64,000 nt of DNA from an uncultured Candidatus Saccharibacteria bacterium (GTDB taxonomy: Bacteria > Patescibacteriota > Minisyncoccia > Phycocordibacterales > JAKAEA01). A program made the position numbers and the translations under genes. Within the stretch, counting starts at the first letter, position 1. Each line of letters opens with the position of its first letter. The DNA is taken from NCBI GenBank assembly GCA_964577595.1, contig CAZNZK010000002.1, positions 86,163-150,162 on the forward strand. The letters run 5' to 3'. A model generated the notes under the pieces. The model was given only the letters and a program-made list of their open reading frames with translations. It searched no databases and was not told the origin of the DNA. Shown piece after piece: positions 9,572 to 18,994 of this stretch.

Positions 9572-10111
9572 ATGAAAAAAATCATTGGAATTGTCGGCAG
9601 TTTGCGAGCCGGTTCATATAACAAAATGCTCATGAATGCCGTTAAAACAGCGGCAGAAGCAAAAGGTTTGGCATTGACGATTGCGAACTTTGAAAGTATT
9701 CCTTTCTTCAACCAAGACCTGGAAAAGAATCCACCGGCTTCAGTTGCAACTCTTAAAGAGCAAATAAAAGGAGCGGATGCAATCATTATCGCCACGCCCG
9801 AATACAACCGCTCAATTCCCGGCGTCCTCAAAAATGCCACAGACTGGACATCGCGACCTTACGGCCAGAATGCTTGGGACGGAAAACTAGTAGCTACTAT
9901 TGGCGCAAGTGGCGGCATGACAGGTGCTATGGCCGCGCAATATGCCTTAAAACAAGTATTGCTTTACCTGAACGCTCAAGTGCTTGGCCAACCGGAATTT
10001 TACCTCGGCCTCGCCCAGGATAAATTTGACAAGAATGGCATGCTTACCGATGAAACAACTAAAAAGAAAATCAACGAATTGTTGGATACCCTAATAAAGG
10101 CGATGCGGTAA
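9572..10111 (+). CDS. NAD(P)H-dependent FMN reductase (ChrR/SsuE-like)
   Basis: GSLRAGSYN and ATPEYNRSIPGVLKNATDW motifs. Confidence 0.93.
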   Translation: MKKIIGIVGSLRAGSYNKMLMNAVKTAAEAKGLALTIANFESIPFFNQDLEKNPPASVATLKEQIKGADAIIIATPEYNRSIPGVLKNATDWTSRPYGQNAWDGKLVATIGASGGMTGAMAAQYALKQVLLYLNAQVLGQPEFYLGLAQDKFDKNGMLTDETTKKKINELLDTLIKAMR

Positions 10112-10843
10112 TTATAGCTCCAGAATTAATTTTTCTAGCAATAGGTCCAAATCGCCCATCCCCCGATGGGCGTCGTGGTATATAGAAACCATATTTTTTG
10201 AAAGTGTTTTGATTTCTCCCGCCGAAAAATTACCGGCGAACTGTTTAGCTTTGCCATAGACGAACGGCTTGAGGCCAGCCGCTTCGGCGCTTCCCGCCTG
10301 CCCTGCCAGAAGTATCGATTTTATTTGCCAGAAAAGCGAGCCATGGAGCTCTTCGGCTACGGAGCCATTTTCTTTTTGTTGAATGTATAGAGCCCAGAGC
10401 TGTTTTTTGTCGCGGCGGCCGAGTGCGTCGGCTAATGCAAATGGCGATGTGCCGCCTTTTTTGCCCCATCCCCCGCTTTCGTCTTTTTTCAACTCGTATT
10501 CTTGGATTTTTTTGGCATGCTTTTCAAACTTTTTCAGCTCCGGCTTGAGCAGTTTCTCCTCAAGAATTATAAAAATGTTTTCCGAAGCGGCCAGTCGCTC
10601 TAAGTTTTCTAAAATGAATTCTTGGAACTCTTCATTAATGAAGAGCCGGTCCAATTCCACAATAAGCCGCGCCACAAAAAGCCCCTGGCCGCCTATAAGC
10701 TCGTCCAGGAGGCCGAGCTGAAAAGTATCGGCATTATAGCGACCAACGGAAGCGTCCGGCTTTTTGACAACAAGCGAATCCACCAAAGCACGCTCTTTGG
10801 TACGTGCCATTTCTGTATCTGAGCCATAAATAAGGTAGATCAT
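10112..10843 (-). CDS. holA: DNA polymerase III delta subunit-like (short form)
   Basis: MIYLIYGSD, GLF, FALADAL..R, KPFVYGKA and LLLEKLIL are HolA hallmarks. Lies directly downstream of polA. Confidence 0.75.
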   Translation of the reverse strand: MIYLIYGSDTEMARTKERALVDSLVVKKPDASVGRYNADTFQLGLLDELIGGQGLFVARLIVELDRLFINEEFQEFILENLERLAASENIFIILEEKLLKPELKKFEKHAKKIQEYELKKDESGGWGKKGGTSPFALADALGRRDKKQLWALYIQQKENGSVAEELHGSLFWQIKSILLAGQAGSAEAAGLKPFVYGKAKQFAGNFSAGEIKTLSKNMVSIYHDAHRGMGDLDLLLEKLILEL

Positions 10844-10848
10844 GCTTA

Positions 10849-13287
10849 TTAAATTTCTCGTAAATCCCCCCAGTCTTTGCCGGCATTGCCATTGGCTAAA
10901 ATAGGCACGCCCGCGGCCTTTTCGGCCGGCAAGGTAGACTGCATAATTTCTTTTATTTTTGGCGCGACTTTGGACACCAACTCGGCAGGCATTTCAAAAA
11001 TGAGTTCGTCGTGCACCTGTAAAAGGAGCTTAGCTTTTTCAACTAAGTTTTGCTCACGCAACCAGGTGTCAATTTGCCCCATAGCCAGCTTTATCATATC
11101 GGCTTGTGTGCCCTGCATCGGCGCGTTGATAGCCATGCGCTCAGCCGCGGCTTTAATAAAGGGTAATTTTGATTGAATACCTTCAATGTAGCGACGACGG
11201 CCAAAGAGGGTTTCAGTATAGCCCTTGCGCTCAGCATCAGCTTTGGCGCGGTCAATATAGGCCGCCAAGCCTTTAAATGTTTCAAAATAAATATTGTAAA
11301 ACTCTTGAGCTTCAGCGCGCGTACCGCCGAGGTTGGCGCGCAAAGCATTCACGCCCATGCCATAGAGAATACCGAAGTTGATGACCTTGGCCTTGCGCCG
11401 CATTTCTTTATCAACCTTTTCCACCGGCACTTTAAAAACCTGAGCAGCAACTTCCGCGTGTACGTCGCGACCATTTTTGAAAATCTCAATGAGCCCAGCG
11501 TCACCGGAAAGGATAGCCGCCAAACGCAGTTCAATTTGTGAATAATCAAAGCTCACGAGCTGTTGGCCGGGTGCCGCCACAAAAGCCGCGCGAATGCGCC
11601 GGCCGAGCTCGGTTTTAATCGGAATATTTTGCAAATTTGGATCCTGCGAACTCATGCGCCCCGTGGCTGCGCCTATCTGAATAAAAGTGGTGTGCAAGCG
11701 ACCATCGGCGGCAAGTAGATTGGGAATATTATCAATATAGGTGGAGAGGAGCTTTTGAAACTCGCGATATTCAAGAATAAGGCCAATAATAGGATGTTCT
11801 TCGCGAAGCTTTTCCAATTCCGATTCTCGGGTGGAAAGCGCCCCGCCGCCGGTTTTCTTTTGATTCTTTGCCTTCAAACCCATCTTCACAAAAAGCACCT
11901 CACCGAGCTGGCGTGGCGAATTTATATTGAATTCACCTATAGTTTTGTCGGCCTCGTTAGCCAGCCGCAAAATTTCCGCGCGCAATTTTTCCAACTCAAC
12001 GTGATATTCCGTGCTTAATTTTTTGAGATACCCAGTATCAATCGTAATCCCCCGCTCATGCATGGCCGCCAAAATAGGAATGAGTGGCTTCTCAATTTCC
12101 TCATAGACCGTTTCCATGTGGCGCTTCTTGAGCTCGGCCATAATAACTTCCCGCGCCCTGGCGAAAGAATCCGTTTTGGCAAACTGCAAAATTTCACTCA
12201 ATTCCGGATTGCTCAAATTAGAATCAACCACTGAAAGGGCCACGGCCGCTTCCTTCAACAGAACCGGATCAATTTCTTCAGTTGAAACCGGCGTAACAGG
12301 AGCGTCTTCAGAGACACCTTCTTTTGGCGCGGCCCCAAGCACCGAGCGCACCCGCGCCGGCAGTGTCCGAAATTCCAATTCGGAACACAAAGCGTCAACC
12401 GCTTTCAAATCAATCGTTTCGCGCCACGATTTTTCCGGCATCGCGAATTCTATAGGCGCATCGCGGCGAATCGTGGCCAACACCTTGGAGAAAAGCGCCT
12501 CCTCTTCTCCGTCCTGGAGAATCTGAATGATGCGTGGACTCAAACCGGCCTTTTTAAATTCTTCTGGCTTCTTCTTCAGTGCTTTGTACATTTCCTCAAT
12601 CGTGCCAAATTTTTGTATTAAAATGGTGGCGGTTTTTTCGCCAATACCCTTGATGCCGATAATATTGTCGCTCGGGTCGCCACGTAAGCCCTTATAATCG
12701 GGTAAAAGCAGAGGTTTAAAACCAAAACGCTCCTTCACCCCATCTTCATTATAAATGACCACGTCTTTAATCCCCTTCCGCAAAGTGTAGACGCGCACAT
12801 GGTCATCAACCACCAATTGCAAAGTGTCCATGTCGCCAGAAGCAATAACTACATCAGTCTCTTTATCGTCTTTCAACTTCTCACAAATTGTGCCAAGGAT
12901 GTCATCTGCTTCAAAACCGCCCTTATCATAAATGGGAATAGAAAAAGCCTTAAAGACGTCTCGAGAGCGATTTATCTGAACGGCCAGCTCGGTATCCATT
13001 TTTGCCCGGCCGGCTTTGTATTCTTTGTAAATCTCATGCCGATGCGTTTCTTGTGGTAAGTCGTAGCAGGCCACCACGTAATCGGGCGATAAATCCTCCA
13101 CGATCTTCAAAAGCATCGCTATTAAGCCGTAAAGCGCCCCTGTGGGCTCGCCCTTTGAAGAGGCAAAATCGGGCAAGGCGTGATACGCCCGATGGATAAT
13201 GGCGTGCGAATCCAATAAAACGAGGCGTTTTTTCTGCCCAGCACCACTTTTTTCATTCTTATTTATGGTTTTTTCCTTTTTCGCCAC
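10849..13287 (-). CDS. polA: DNA polymerase I
   Basis: 5'-3' exonuclease domain (LLDSHAIIHRAYHA, FEADD, GDPSDNI) and polymerase motifs DYSQIELR, KVINFGILYG, QVHDEL. Confidence 0.98.
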   Translation of the reverse strand: MAKKEKTINKNEKSGAGQKKRLVLLDSHAIIHRAYHALPDFASSKGEPTGALYGLIAMLLKIVEDLSPDYVVACYDLPQETHRHEIYKEYKAGRAKMDTELAVQINRSRDVFKAFSIPIYDKGGFEADDILGTICEKLKDDKETDVVIASGDMDTLQLVVDDHVRVYTLRKGIKDVVIYNEDGVKERFGFKPLLLPDYKGLRGDPSDNIIGIKGIGEKTATILIQKFGTIEEMYKALKKKPEEFKKAGLSPRIIQILQDGEEEALFSKVLATIRRDAPIEFAMPEKSWRETIDLKAVDALCSELEFRTLPARVRSVLGAAPKEGVSEDAPVTPVSTEEIDPVLLKEAAVALSVVDSNLSNPELSEILQFAKTDSFARAREVIMAELKKRHMETVYEEIEKPLIPILAAMHERGITIDTGYLKKLSTEYHVELEKLRAEILRLANEADKTIGEFNINSPRQLGEVLFVKMGLKAKNQKKTGGGALSTRESELEKLREEHPIIGLILEYREFQKLLSTYIDNIPNLLAADGRLHTTFIQIGAATGRMSSQDPNLQNIPIKTELGRRIRAAFVAAPGQQLVSFDYSQIELRLAAILSGDAGLIEIFKNGRDVHAEVAAQVFKVPVEKVDKEMRRKAKVINFGILYGMGVNALRANLGGTRAEAQEFYNIYFETFKGLAAYIDRAKADAERKGYTETLFGRRRYIEGIQSKLPFIKAAAERMAINAPMQGTQADMIKLAMGQIDTWLREQNLVEKAKLLLQVHDELIFEMPAELVSKVAPKIKEIMQSTLPAEKAAGVPILANGNAGKDWGDLREI

Positions 13288-13379
13288 CCATCAACTATAC
13301 CATTACATTGTACAGGTAGCAGATTTTCCTAGAACTGATTACTGAATTATGAAAAACTCGCCCCGGCGACGGAGCGAGC

Positions 13380-13709
13380 TTATGAGTGTGCTGATTTTTC
13401 TTTTTCCTTCCGATGGAGGACGAAGGTGATGAAGCTCCCCACAGTCAGCCGTTCCACCTTGCTTGTATCGTTCAAAACCTCGTCCCAGGCGCGCTGAACA
13501 TTTTCCGACCAGCGAAGATTGAGGTTCTTGTCGTTCTTGAGATACCCCAGAAGGATTGGGACGTCCTCCGCTTCGCCGATATGAGTGATCCGAGCATCCA
13601 CAGGAAGTTCCTTTTCAAGATCGCACGCCGTTGCCAACCGGATGTACGACTTGACCAAAAAAACGATCTCTTCTGTCTCTTCCGGAGACAGGTGGCCATT
13701 GTTTGACAT
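13380..13709 (-). CDS. Hypothetical protein, weak acyl-carrier-protein-like pattern
   Basis: 109-aa ORF with strong SD (GGAGGT) and a downstream GC hairpin near 13357-13378. C-terminal LTVGSFITFV resembles an ACP last helix, but there is no DSL serine motif. Confidence 0.6.
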   Translation of the reverse strand: MSNNGHLSPEETEEIVFLVKSYIRLATACDLEKELPVDARITHIGEAEDVPILLGYLKNDKNLNLRWSENVQRAWDEVLNDTSKVERLTVGSFITFVLHRKEKEKSAHS

Positions 13710-13783
13710 ACCTACCTCCTTTGTTAGAACTAAAACAATTTATCCTGTCGGCACTATAGTACGAAGCGGTACTGGTGGCAATG

Positions 13784-14245
13784 TTAGTGGATTTTTCTGA
13801 TAGTTTCGTTGATATGAGAAAAATGCAAACGGATAGTGGTTGTGGGTAGCACATCGCCAAGACGTTCGGGCCACTCTATTAGAACAAGGTTGGCTGGGTT
13901 GGCGATAATTTCGGCGAAACCGAGTTTCACCAGTTCTTGTGACGACTCCAACCTATAGGCATCAATGTGAATGAGGTGTTTGAAATTACTTTTTACTGAT
14001 TTTGGAATTTCATAGATTTTTTCAATGACAAACGTGGGGCTGGTGACGGTTTCGGCAACACCAAGCTCGCGCGCTACCGCTTGGGTAAAAGTGGTCTTCC
14101 CCGCCCCCAACTCCCCCGAGAAGCCAACAATAGTGGCGGTTTTATCATTGGTGGATTTTTTAAGAGCTAGTAAAAAATCTCGGGCGGCCATGGCGACATC
14201 AGCAGGACTGGAGGTGTTGCGTTCTGAAAAAACGAAGTTCTTCAT
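13784..14245 (-). CDS. tsaE: tRNA threonylcarbamoyladenosine biosynthesis ATPase
   Basis: GELGAGKTTF, VTSPTF, HIDAYRL, IEWPE. Confidence 0.95.
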   Translation of the reverse strand: MKNFVFSERNTSSPADVAMAARDFLLALKKSTNDKTATIVGFSGELGAGKTTFTQAVARELGVAETVTSPTFVIEKIYEIPKSVKSNFKHLIHIDAYRLESSQELVKLGFAEIIANPANLVLIEWPERLGDVLPTTTIRLHFSHINETIRKIH

Positions 14246-14304
14246 TTGCTCGGAGCATACCACAAAACACATCCCTGAGTGCGGTCTGCTATACTAATGC
14301 CTAT

Positions 14305-16044
14305 ATGGTTACTTTTGATGACGACAAGCAAAATGAAAAGATTTTAGAAGTGCGCCGCAAGGAGGAAGAGAGCTTGGCGCAAACTATGGCCAGCCGTCAC
14401 GACATTGGCTACATTGACCTCTCAGCCGCGGCTGTCAACAGTGACGCTTTGCGTGTGGTCACCGAAACGGAAGCCCGCGAAGCAAAACTGGCTGTTTTTG
14501 ACATTCTTGACCGAAAATTAAAAGTGGCCGTGCTTGGGCCGGAAAATCCCCAAACCCAAGCCGTACTGCAACAGCTTGAGAAAAAAGGGTACGTTGCCAC
14601 CCTATATATGGCTTCTATAGAAAGTTTGGAAAAGGTATGGAAACGCTATGCCGATCTTTCCTACTCGGCAAAAGTCCGTGGCGGTGCTATAGATATTTCC
14701 AACGAGCAAATTAACGAGCTCACAAAAAGCATTACGCACATTGAAGATGTGCAGACGCTGATTAACAAACTTCTCGCTGAAACTAAGGGCTATCGCATTT
14801 CAAGTTTGCTCGAAATTATTCTTTCCGGTGCCATAGCTCTTGCCGCTTCCGATATCCACATCGAGCCACAGGAAAAAACCGTCGTGTTACGCTACCGCCT
14901 AGATGGTGTTTTGATGGAAGTAACGAAATTCGCCGGCGATGTGTATCGCCTTTTACTCTCACGTATCAAACTTCTTTCTGGTATGAAATTAAACGTTACG
15001 GGAGCGCAAGACGGTCGCTTCAGTATTATTGTGACTGATTCAGAAATGGAAATTCGCTCTTCTATCTTGCCTTCCAACTATGCCGAAAGTATCGTTATGC
15101 GCGTTTTAAACCCAGGCTCTATTTCTGTGCCACTTGAACAACTCGGCATTCCGCCAAAACTACTCGCGCTTTTAGAGCGTGAGATTGCCAAGCCGGAAGG
15201 CATGATTCTCACCACCGGCCCTACGGGTAGCGGAAAAACCACAACCCTCTACGCTTTTTTGAAAAAAGTCCACACGCCGGATATTAAAATTATCACTATT
15301 GAAGATCCTGTCGAATACCACGTCGGCGGCATCGTTCAAACGCAAGTAAATGAGAAAAAAGGTGGTGCTTTGGAAGGCTTACGTAATGCTCTGGAAGAAA
15401 CGAGTAGCGTCTCTCAGGAAGGAAGCTATACCTTCGTGGAAGGTTTACGCGCCGCTCTGCGCCAAGACCCTGATGTTATTATGGTTGGCGAAATTCGCGA
15501 TGCCGAAACAGCGGCCATCGCTGTTAATGCCGCTCTCACCGGCCACCTAGTGTTCTCTACCCTGCACACCAATTCCGCTGCTGGCACATTTCCGCGCCTC
15601 ATTGATCTTAAGGTCAACCCTAAAATCATCACCTCCGCCCTTTCCGTGGCCATGGCTCAGCGCTTAGTGCGCAAGCTTTGTCCGAAATGTAAAAAAGCTA
15701 CGCCGCTTGAAGGAAAAAATCGCGACATCGTTGAAAGAATCGCCAACTCAATTACCGACCCGGCAGATAAAGTAGCCGTGCCCGCGCAGATTTTTGAACC
15801 CGTTGGTTGTGATGCCTGCAACAATACGGGGTACAAAGGACGCCTCGGCCTCTACGAAGCCATTGTGCGCACGGAAGCAGTTGAAAAGGCGGTCAATCAA
15901 AATCCTAGTGAGCGCGAAATTTGGAAAGCGGCTGCCGATCAAAAAATCCTCAACATGAAGCAGGACGGTATTACTAAAATAATTGCCGGCATCACTTCAC
16001 TTGCTGAAGTGGAGCGCGTGATTGATTTGGAAGAATCTTGGTAA
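14305..16044 (+). CDS. GspE/PilB family type IV pilus assembly ATPase
   Basis: ASDIHIEP, QDGRF, GPTGSGKTTT, TIEDPVEY, LRQDPDVIMVGEIRD, CxxC...CxxC zinc motif. Confidence 0.95.
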   Translation: MVTFDDDKQNEKILEVRRKEEESLAQTMASRHDIGYIDLSAAAVNSDALRVVTETEAREAKLAVFDILDRKLKVAVLGPENPQTQAVLQQLEKKGYVATLYMASIESLEKVWKRYADLSYSAKVRGGAIDISNEQINELTKSITHIEDVQTLINKLLAETKGYRISSLLEIILSGAIALAASDIHIEPQEKTVVLRYRLDGVLMEVTKFAGDVYRLLLSRIKLLSGMKLNVTGAQDGRFSIIVTDSEMEIRSSILPSNYAESIVMRVLNPGSISVPLEQLGIPPKLLALLEREIAKPEGMILTTGPTGSGKTTTLYAFLKKVHTPDIKIITIEDPVEYHVGGIVQTQVNEKKGGALEGLRNALEETSSVSQEGSYTFVEGLRAALRQDPDVIMVGEIRDAETAAIAVNAALTGHLVFSTLHTNSAAGTFPRLIDLKVNPKIITSALSVAMAQRLVRKLCPKCKKATPLEGKNRDIVERIANSITDPADKVAVPAQIFEPVGCDACNNTGYKGRLGLYEAIVRTEAVEKAVNQNPSEREIWKAAADQKILNMKQDGITKIIAGITSLAEVERVIDLEESW

Positions 16045-16053
16045 TAAAAACCC

Positions 16054-16221
16054 ATGAATACTAAATCGCTCGTATGGCTAGGTTTCGCGGTTGGTTCAAC
16101 TGTTGGTAGTTTTATACCTCTTTTGTGGGGCGGTAGTGAATTTTCAATTTCTTCCATTCTTTTGGGCGCTCTTTTTGGCATTGTGGGCATTTATGCCGGC
16201 TTTAAAATAAGCCGCTACTGA
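16054..16221 (+). CDS. Small two-TM membrane protein (55 aa)
   Basis: Below the ORF-track cutoff: MNTKSLVWLGFAVGSTVGSFIPLLWGGSEFSISSILLGALFGIVGIYAGFKISRY*. Starts 9 nt after the ATPase stop. Confidence 0.7.
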   Translation: MNTKSLVWLGFAVGSTVGSFIPLLWGGSEFSISSILLGALFGIVGIYAGFKISRY

Positions 16222-16316
16222 GCATGTATAAAAAAACCGCTTGACATGCGGGATAAAAAAGCCCCTAACCACTTTTTTCTATTGCCAGTCCCTATTAAAG
16301 GGGTACGATACTCATA

Positions 16317-16509
16317 TAGAGATTCGCCGGCGGGAGCCGACGATTCCACTGCGCGAATCTCTAGGCAAGACTTTTAACACGCACGCTAAAAGTGAAGTGA
16401 ATTCCTAAGGGGAGCGACAGTAAACTACCCGTGAGGGTAGTAACCAGCGCATCCTCGCGAAAACACCCTGAAGTCCGGAGACTTTTGCCTAGAGATTCCC
16501 GAAGTGGAA
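16317..16509 (+). ncRNA. Candidate structured non-coding RNA, family unassigned
   Basis: 14-bp perfect stem 16355-16368/16485-16498 extended by 16344-16350/16503-16509. GNRA hairpins at 16328-16339 (GGGA) and 16424-16441 (GTGA). Upstream TTGCCA-16-TACGAT promoter-like motif. Confidence 0.6.
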
Positions 16510-16615
16510 ATGAGAAACTAGCGTATACTTACTATATACGACTGAAATCTATCAGTATTCTCTGAAATATGCTTTTATTTGAGAACTTTCCACATGTTAG
16601 CACAGAATAGTTTTT

Positions 16616-17644
16616 ATGTCAACCCCCGCGAAAACTAACGAGTCGCAAGAAGAAGCGGCGGAGAGTACCGTTTACTTAGATGTTGCCTTGCGCCCAAGCC
16701 GTTGGGACGACTACATTGGCCAGAAAACCATCAAGGAAAACCTGAAAATCCTCCTTGGCGCGGCGGCCGAACGCGGTCACGTACCTGAACATATTCTTTT
16801 TTACGGCCCACCCGGCCTCGGCAAAACAACCCTCGCCTACCTTATAGCCAAAGAGCTCAACGCACAGATAAAAGTGACCTCCGGCCCGGCCATTGAAAAA
16901 GTGGCTGATTTGGCTTCAGTGCTCACTAATTTAGCCGCCGGCGACATTCTTTTTATAGACGAAATTCACCGTCTCAACAAAACCGTTGAAGAAGTGCTTT
17001 ATCCCGCCATGGAGTCGGGTTCTTTGGATATTTTGATAGGCAAAGGCCCTTCGGCGCGCACCGTGCAACTTCCCCTACCTCCTTTTACGCTCATTGGTGC
17101 CACCACCCGCATTGCCCTGCTTTCTTCGCCGTTGCGCTCGCGCTTTTCCGGCGGTATTTTTCGATTAGAATTCTATACGCCAGAGGAAATTACCAGAATT
17201 GTGCGCAATTCAGCCACAACTTTAGGCGTCGGAGTTGATACTGACGCGGCAGCAGCCATCGCCGAGCGTAGCCGCTTCACGCCCCGCACCGCCAACCACC
17301 TTCTGAAGCGCGTCCGCGACTATGCCCAAATGCAACGGCGCGATATCGACGCAGCTATTGTGGCCGAGGCTCTCACCCTTCTTGGTATTGATATCATCGG
17401 CCTCAACCCTTCTGACCGTTCCGTACTGGAAACGATTATTAAAAAATATAACGGTGGGCCTGTAGGCCTAGAAACCATTGCGGCTTCCCTTTCGGAAGAA
17501 GAAGCCACTATTGAGGAGTTCAACGAACCCTACCTCATTCAAATCGGCATGGTGGAACGCACCCCGCGCGGCCGCATGGCTACTAAGCATGCCTACAAGC
17601 ATCTCAACTTGAAAATTCCACAAGATAAGTTAGATTTAAAATAA
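16616..17644 (+). CDS. ruvB: Holliday junction branch migration ATPase
   Basis: LRP...YIGQ, GPPGLGKTT, FIDEIHR, GATTR, RTPRGR. Confidence 0.98.
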   Translation: MSTPAKTNESQEEAAESTVYLDVALRPSRWDDYIGQKTIKENLKILLGAAAERGHVPEHILFYGPPGLGKTTLAYLIAKELNAQIKVTSGPAIEKVADLASVLTNLAAGDILFIDEIHRLNKTVEEVLYPAMESGSLDILIGKGPSARTVQLPLPPFTLIGATTRIALLSSPLRSRFSGGIFRLEFYTPEEITRIVRNSATTLGVGVDTDAAAAIAERSRFTPRTANHLLKRVRDYAQMQRRDIDAAIVAEALTLLGIDIIGLNPSDRSVLETIIKKYNGGPVGLETIAASLSEEEATIEEFNEPYLIQIGMVERTPRGRMATKHAYKHLNLKIPQDKLDLK

Positions 17645-17648
17645 AAAT

Positions 17649-18191
17649 ATGTCTGGACACAACAAATGGTCAAAAATTAAACGCCAAAAGGGCGCCGAAG
17701 ACGCGGCTAAGAGTAAACTTTTCGGTAAGCTCGTGCGCGCCATTACTGTTGAGGCAAAAAAGGCTGGTGTTAGCTCTATAGGCAAAGGAGCGCCCATTTC
17801 TGCCGGCTTAGAAACTGCTATTAAAAAAGCCCGTGAAGCAAATGTTCCCAACGACACCATAGAGCGCGCTGTAAAAAAGTCTAGCGAAAGCGCACAAATG
17901 GAAACGGCTGTTTATGAATCCTACGGCCCCGGCGGTTGTGCACTCATTATTGAAGCCCTTACCAGCAATAAAAATAAAGCTGCCCAGGAAATTAAAGCAA
18001 TTTTAGCAAAGCATGATCTCGCATTGGCCGGCCCCGGCTCTGCCACCTGGGCTTTTGAAAAAACCCATGATGGCTGGGTAGCAAACACGCCCGTTACCGT
18101 CAACGAAGAGGATGGAAAAAAACTCAGCGAGCTTGTTGACGAACTTGAAAACAACGACGAGGTTCAGGATGTGTACACGAATGCAGAATAA
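17649..18191 (+). CDS. YebC/PmpR family protein (short form)
   Basis: MSGHNKWSKIKRQK, YESYGPGG, DEVQDVYTN. Confidence 0.93.
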   Translation: MSGHNKWSKIKRQKGAEDAAKSKLFGKLVRAITVEAKKAGVSSIGKGAPISAGLETAIKKAREANVPNDTIERAVKKSSESAQMETAVYESYGPGGCALIIEALTSNKNKAAQEIKAILAKHDLALAGPGSATWAFEKTHDGWVANTPVTVNEEDGKKLSELVDELENNDEVQDVYTNAE

Positions 18192-18678
18192 AACACGCGT
18201 CATTGCTATTGACCCAGGATACGAACGTCTTGGTATTGCTATTTTAGAATCCGACCTGGTTTTACATTCAAGTTGTTTTCAAACAAAAAAATCACTTCCC
18301 CACCACGCCCGCCTCGCCGCAGTTCATAAAGAGCTTGCACGGCTCATTTCGGAATTTCAGCCGAACGCTTTGGCCACCGAAACACTTTTTTTTAGTAAAA
18401 ACCAAAAAACAGCGATGGCGGTGGCGGAAACTCGCGGCGTTATTCTGGCTCTAGCAAGCACACAGGGTTTGAATATTTACGAATACTCGCCCGCTCAGGT
18501 AAAAATCGCCGTTACTGGTCACGGTGCCAGCGATAAAAAGCAGGTGGCCGTTTTAGTAAGCAAACTCATCGTACTTCCTCATGTGCCGAAGTATGACGAC
18601 GAATATGATGCTGTGGCTATAGGCCTCACTTGTTTTGCTCATGAAAAATTCAGTAAAAAAGACTTTTCCACAGCCTAG
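18181..18678 (+). CDS. ruvC: Crossover junction endodeoxyribonuclease
   Basis: IAIDPG, ETLFFSKN, EYSPAQVKIAVTGHG, DDEYDAVAI. Confidence 0.95.
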   Translation: MQNKTRVIAIDPGYERLGIAILESDLVLHSSCFQTKKSLPHHARLAAVHKELARLISEFQPNALATETLFFSKNQKTAMAVAETRGVILALASTQGLNIYEYSPAQVKIAVTGHGASDKKQVAVLVSKLIVLPHVPKYDDEYDAVAIGLTCFAHEKFSKKDFSTA

Positions 18679-18757
18679 CGCTAAAAGAATTGCAAAAGTT
18701 TTCGCTATTTGCTACAAATGAGCCAATTACTAATGGTAGTATGAGAAATAAAAATCC

Positions 18758-18994
18758 ATGAGCGAAAAGAAGAACAAAAGGCCTTTTGGCGAAGACGCAG
18801 ACAAGGATGATATTGGTTTTCGCATTCCGAGTAATCCTGGGATGAGCGAGGAGGAAAAAGAACCAGGGGAAGAGGGTGATATAGAAACAAAAGAAGAAGA
18901 TGATTCAAATGACGCGGAAGACGAAGACGACTTTGATAACGAGGAGCGTGGTTGGCACACGTTTGACATGGACAACCCCGACGAAAGTCTTTAA
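18758..18994 (+). CDS. Small highly acidic hypothetical protein (78 aa)
   Basis: Asp/Glu-rich ORF filling the ruvC-tyrS gap; its stop overlaps the tyrS stop. Confidence 0.55.
   Translation: MSEKKNKRPFGEDADKDDIGFRIPSNPGMSEEEKEPGEEGDIETKEEDDSNDAEDEDDFDNEERGWHTFDMDNPDESL

Noticed and set aside
10849-13287. polA and holA shorter than E. coli orthologs, suggesting pseudogenes
   Set aside because: Reading frames and catalytic motifs are intact; domain reduction is expected in streamlined genomes.
16245-16266. GCGGGATAAAAAAGCCC resembling the 3' part of a guanidine-I (ykkC) riboswitch
   Set aside because: The 5' aptamer half is absent and the downstream gene context does not fit.
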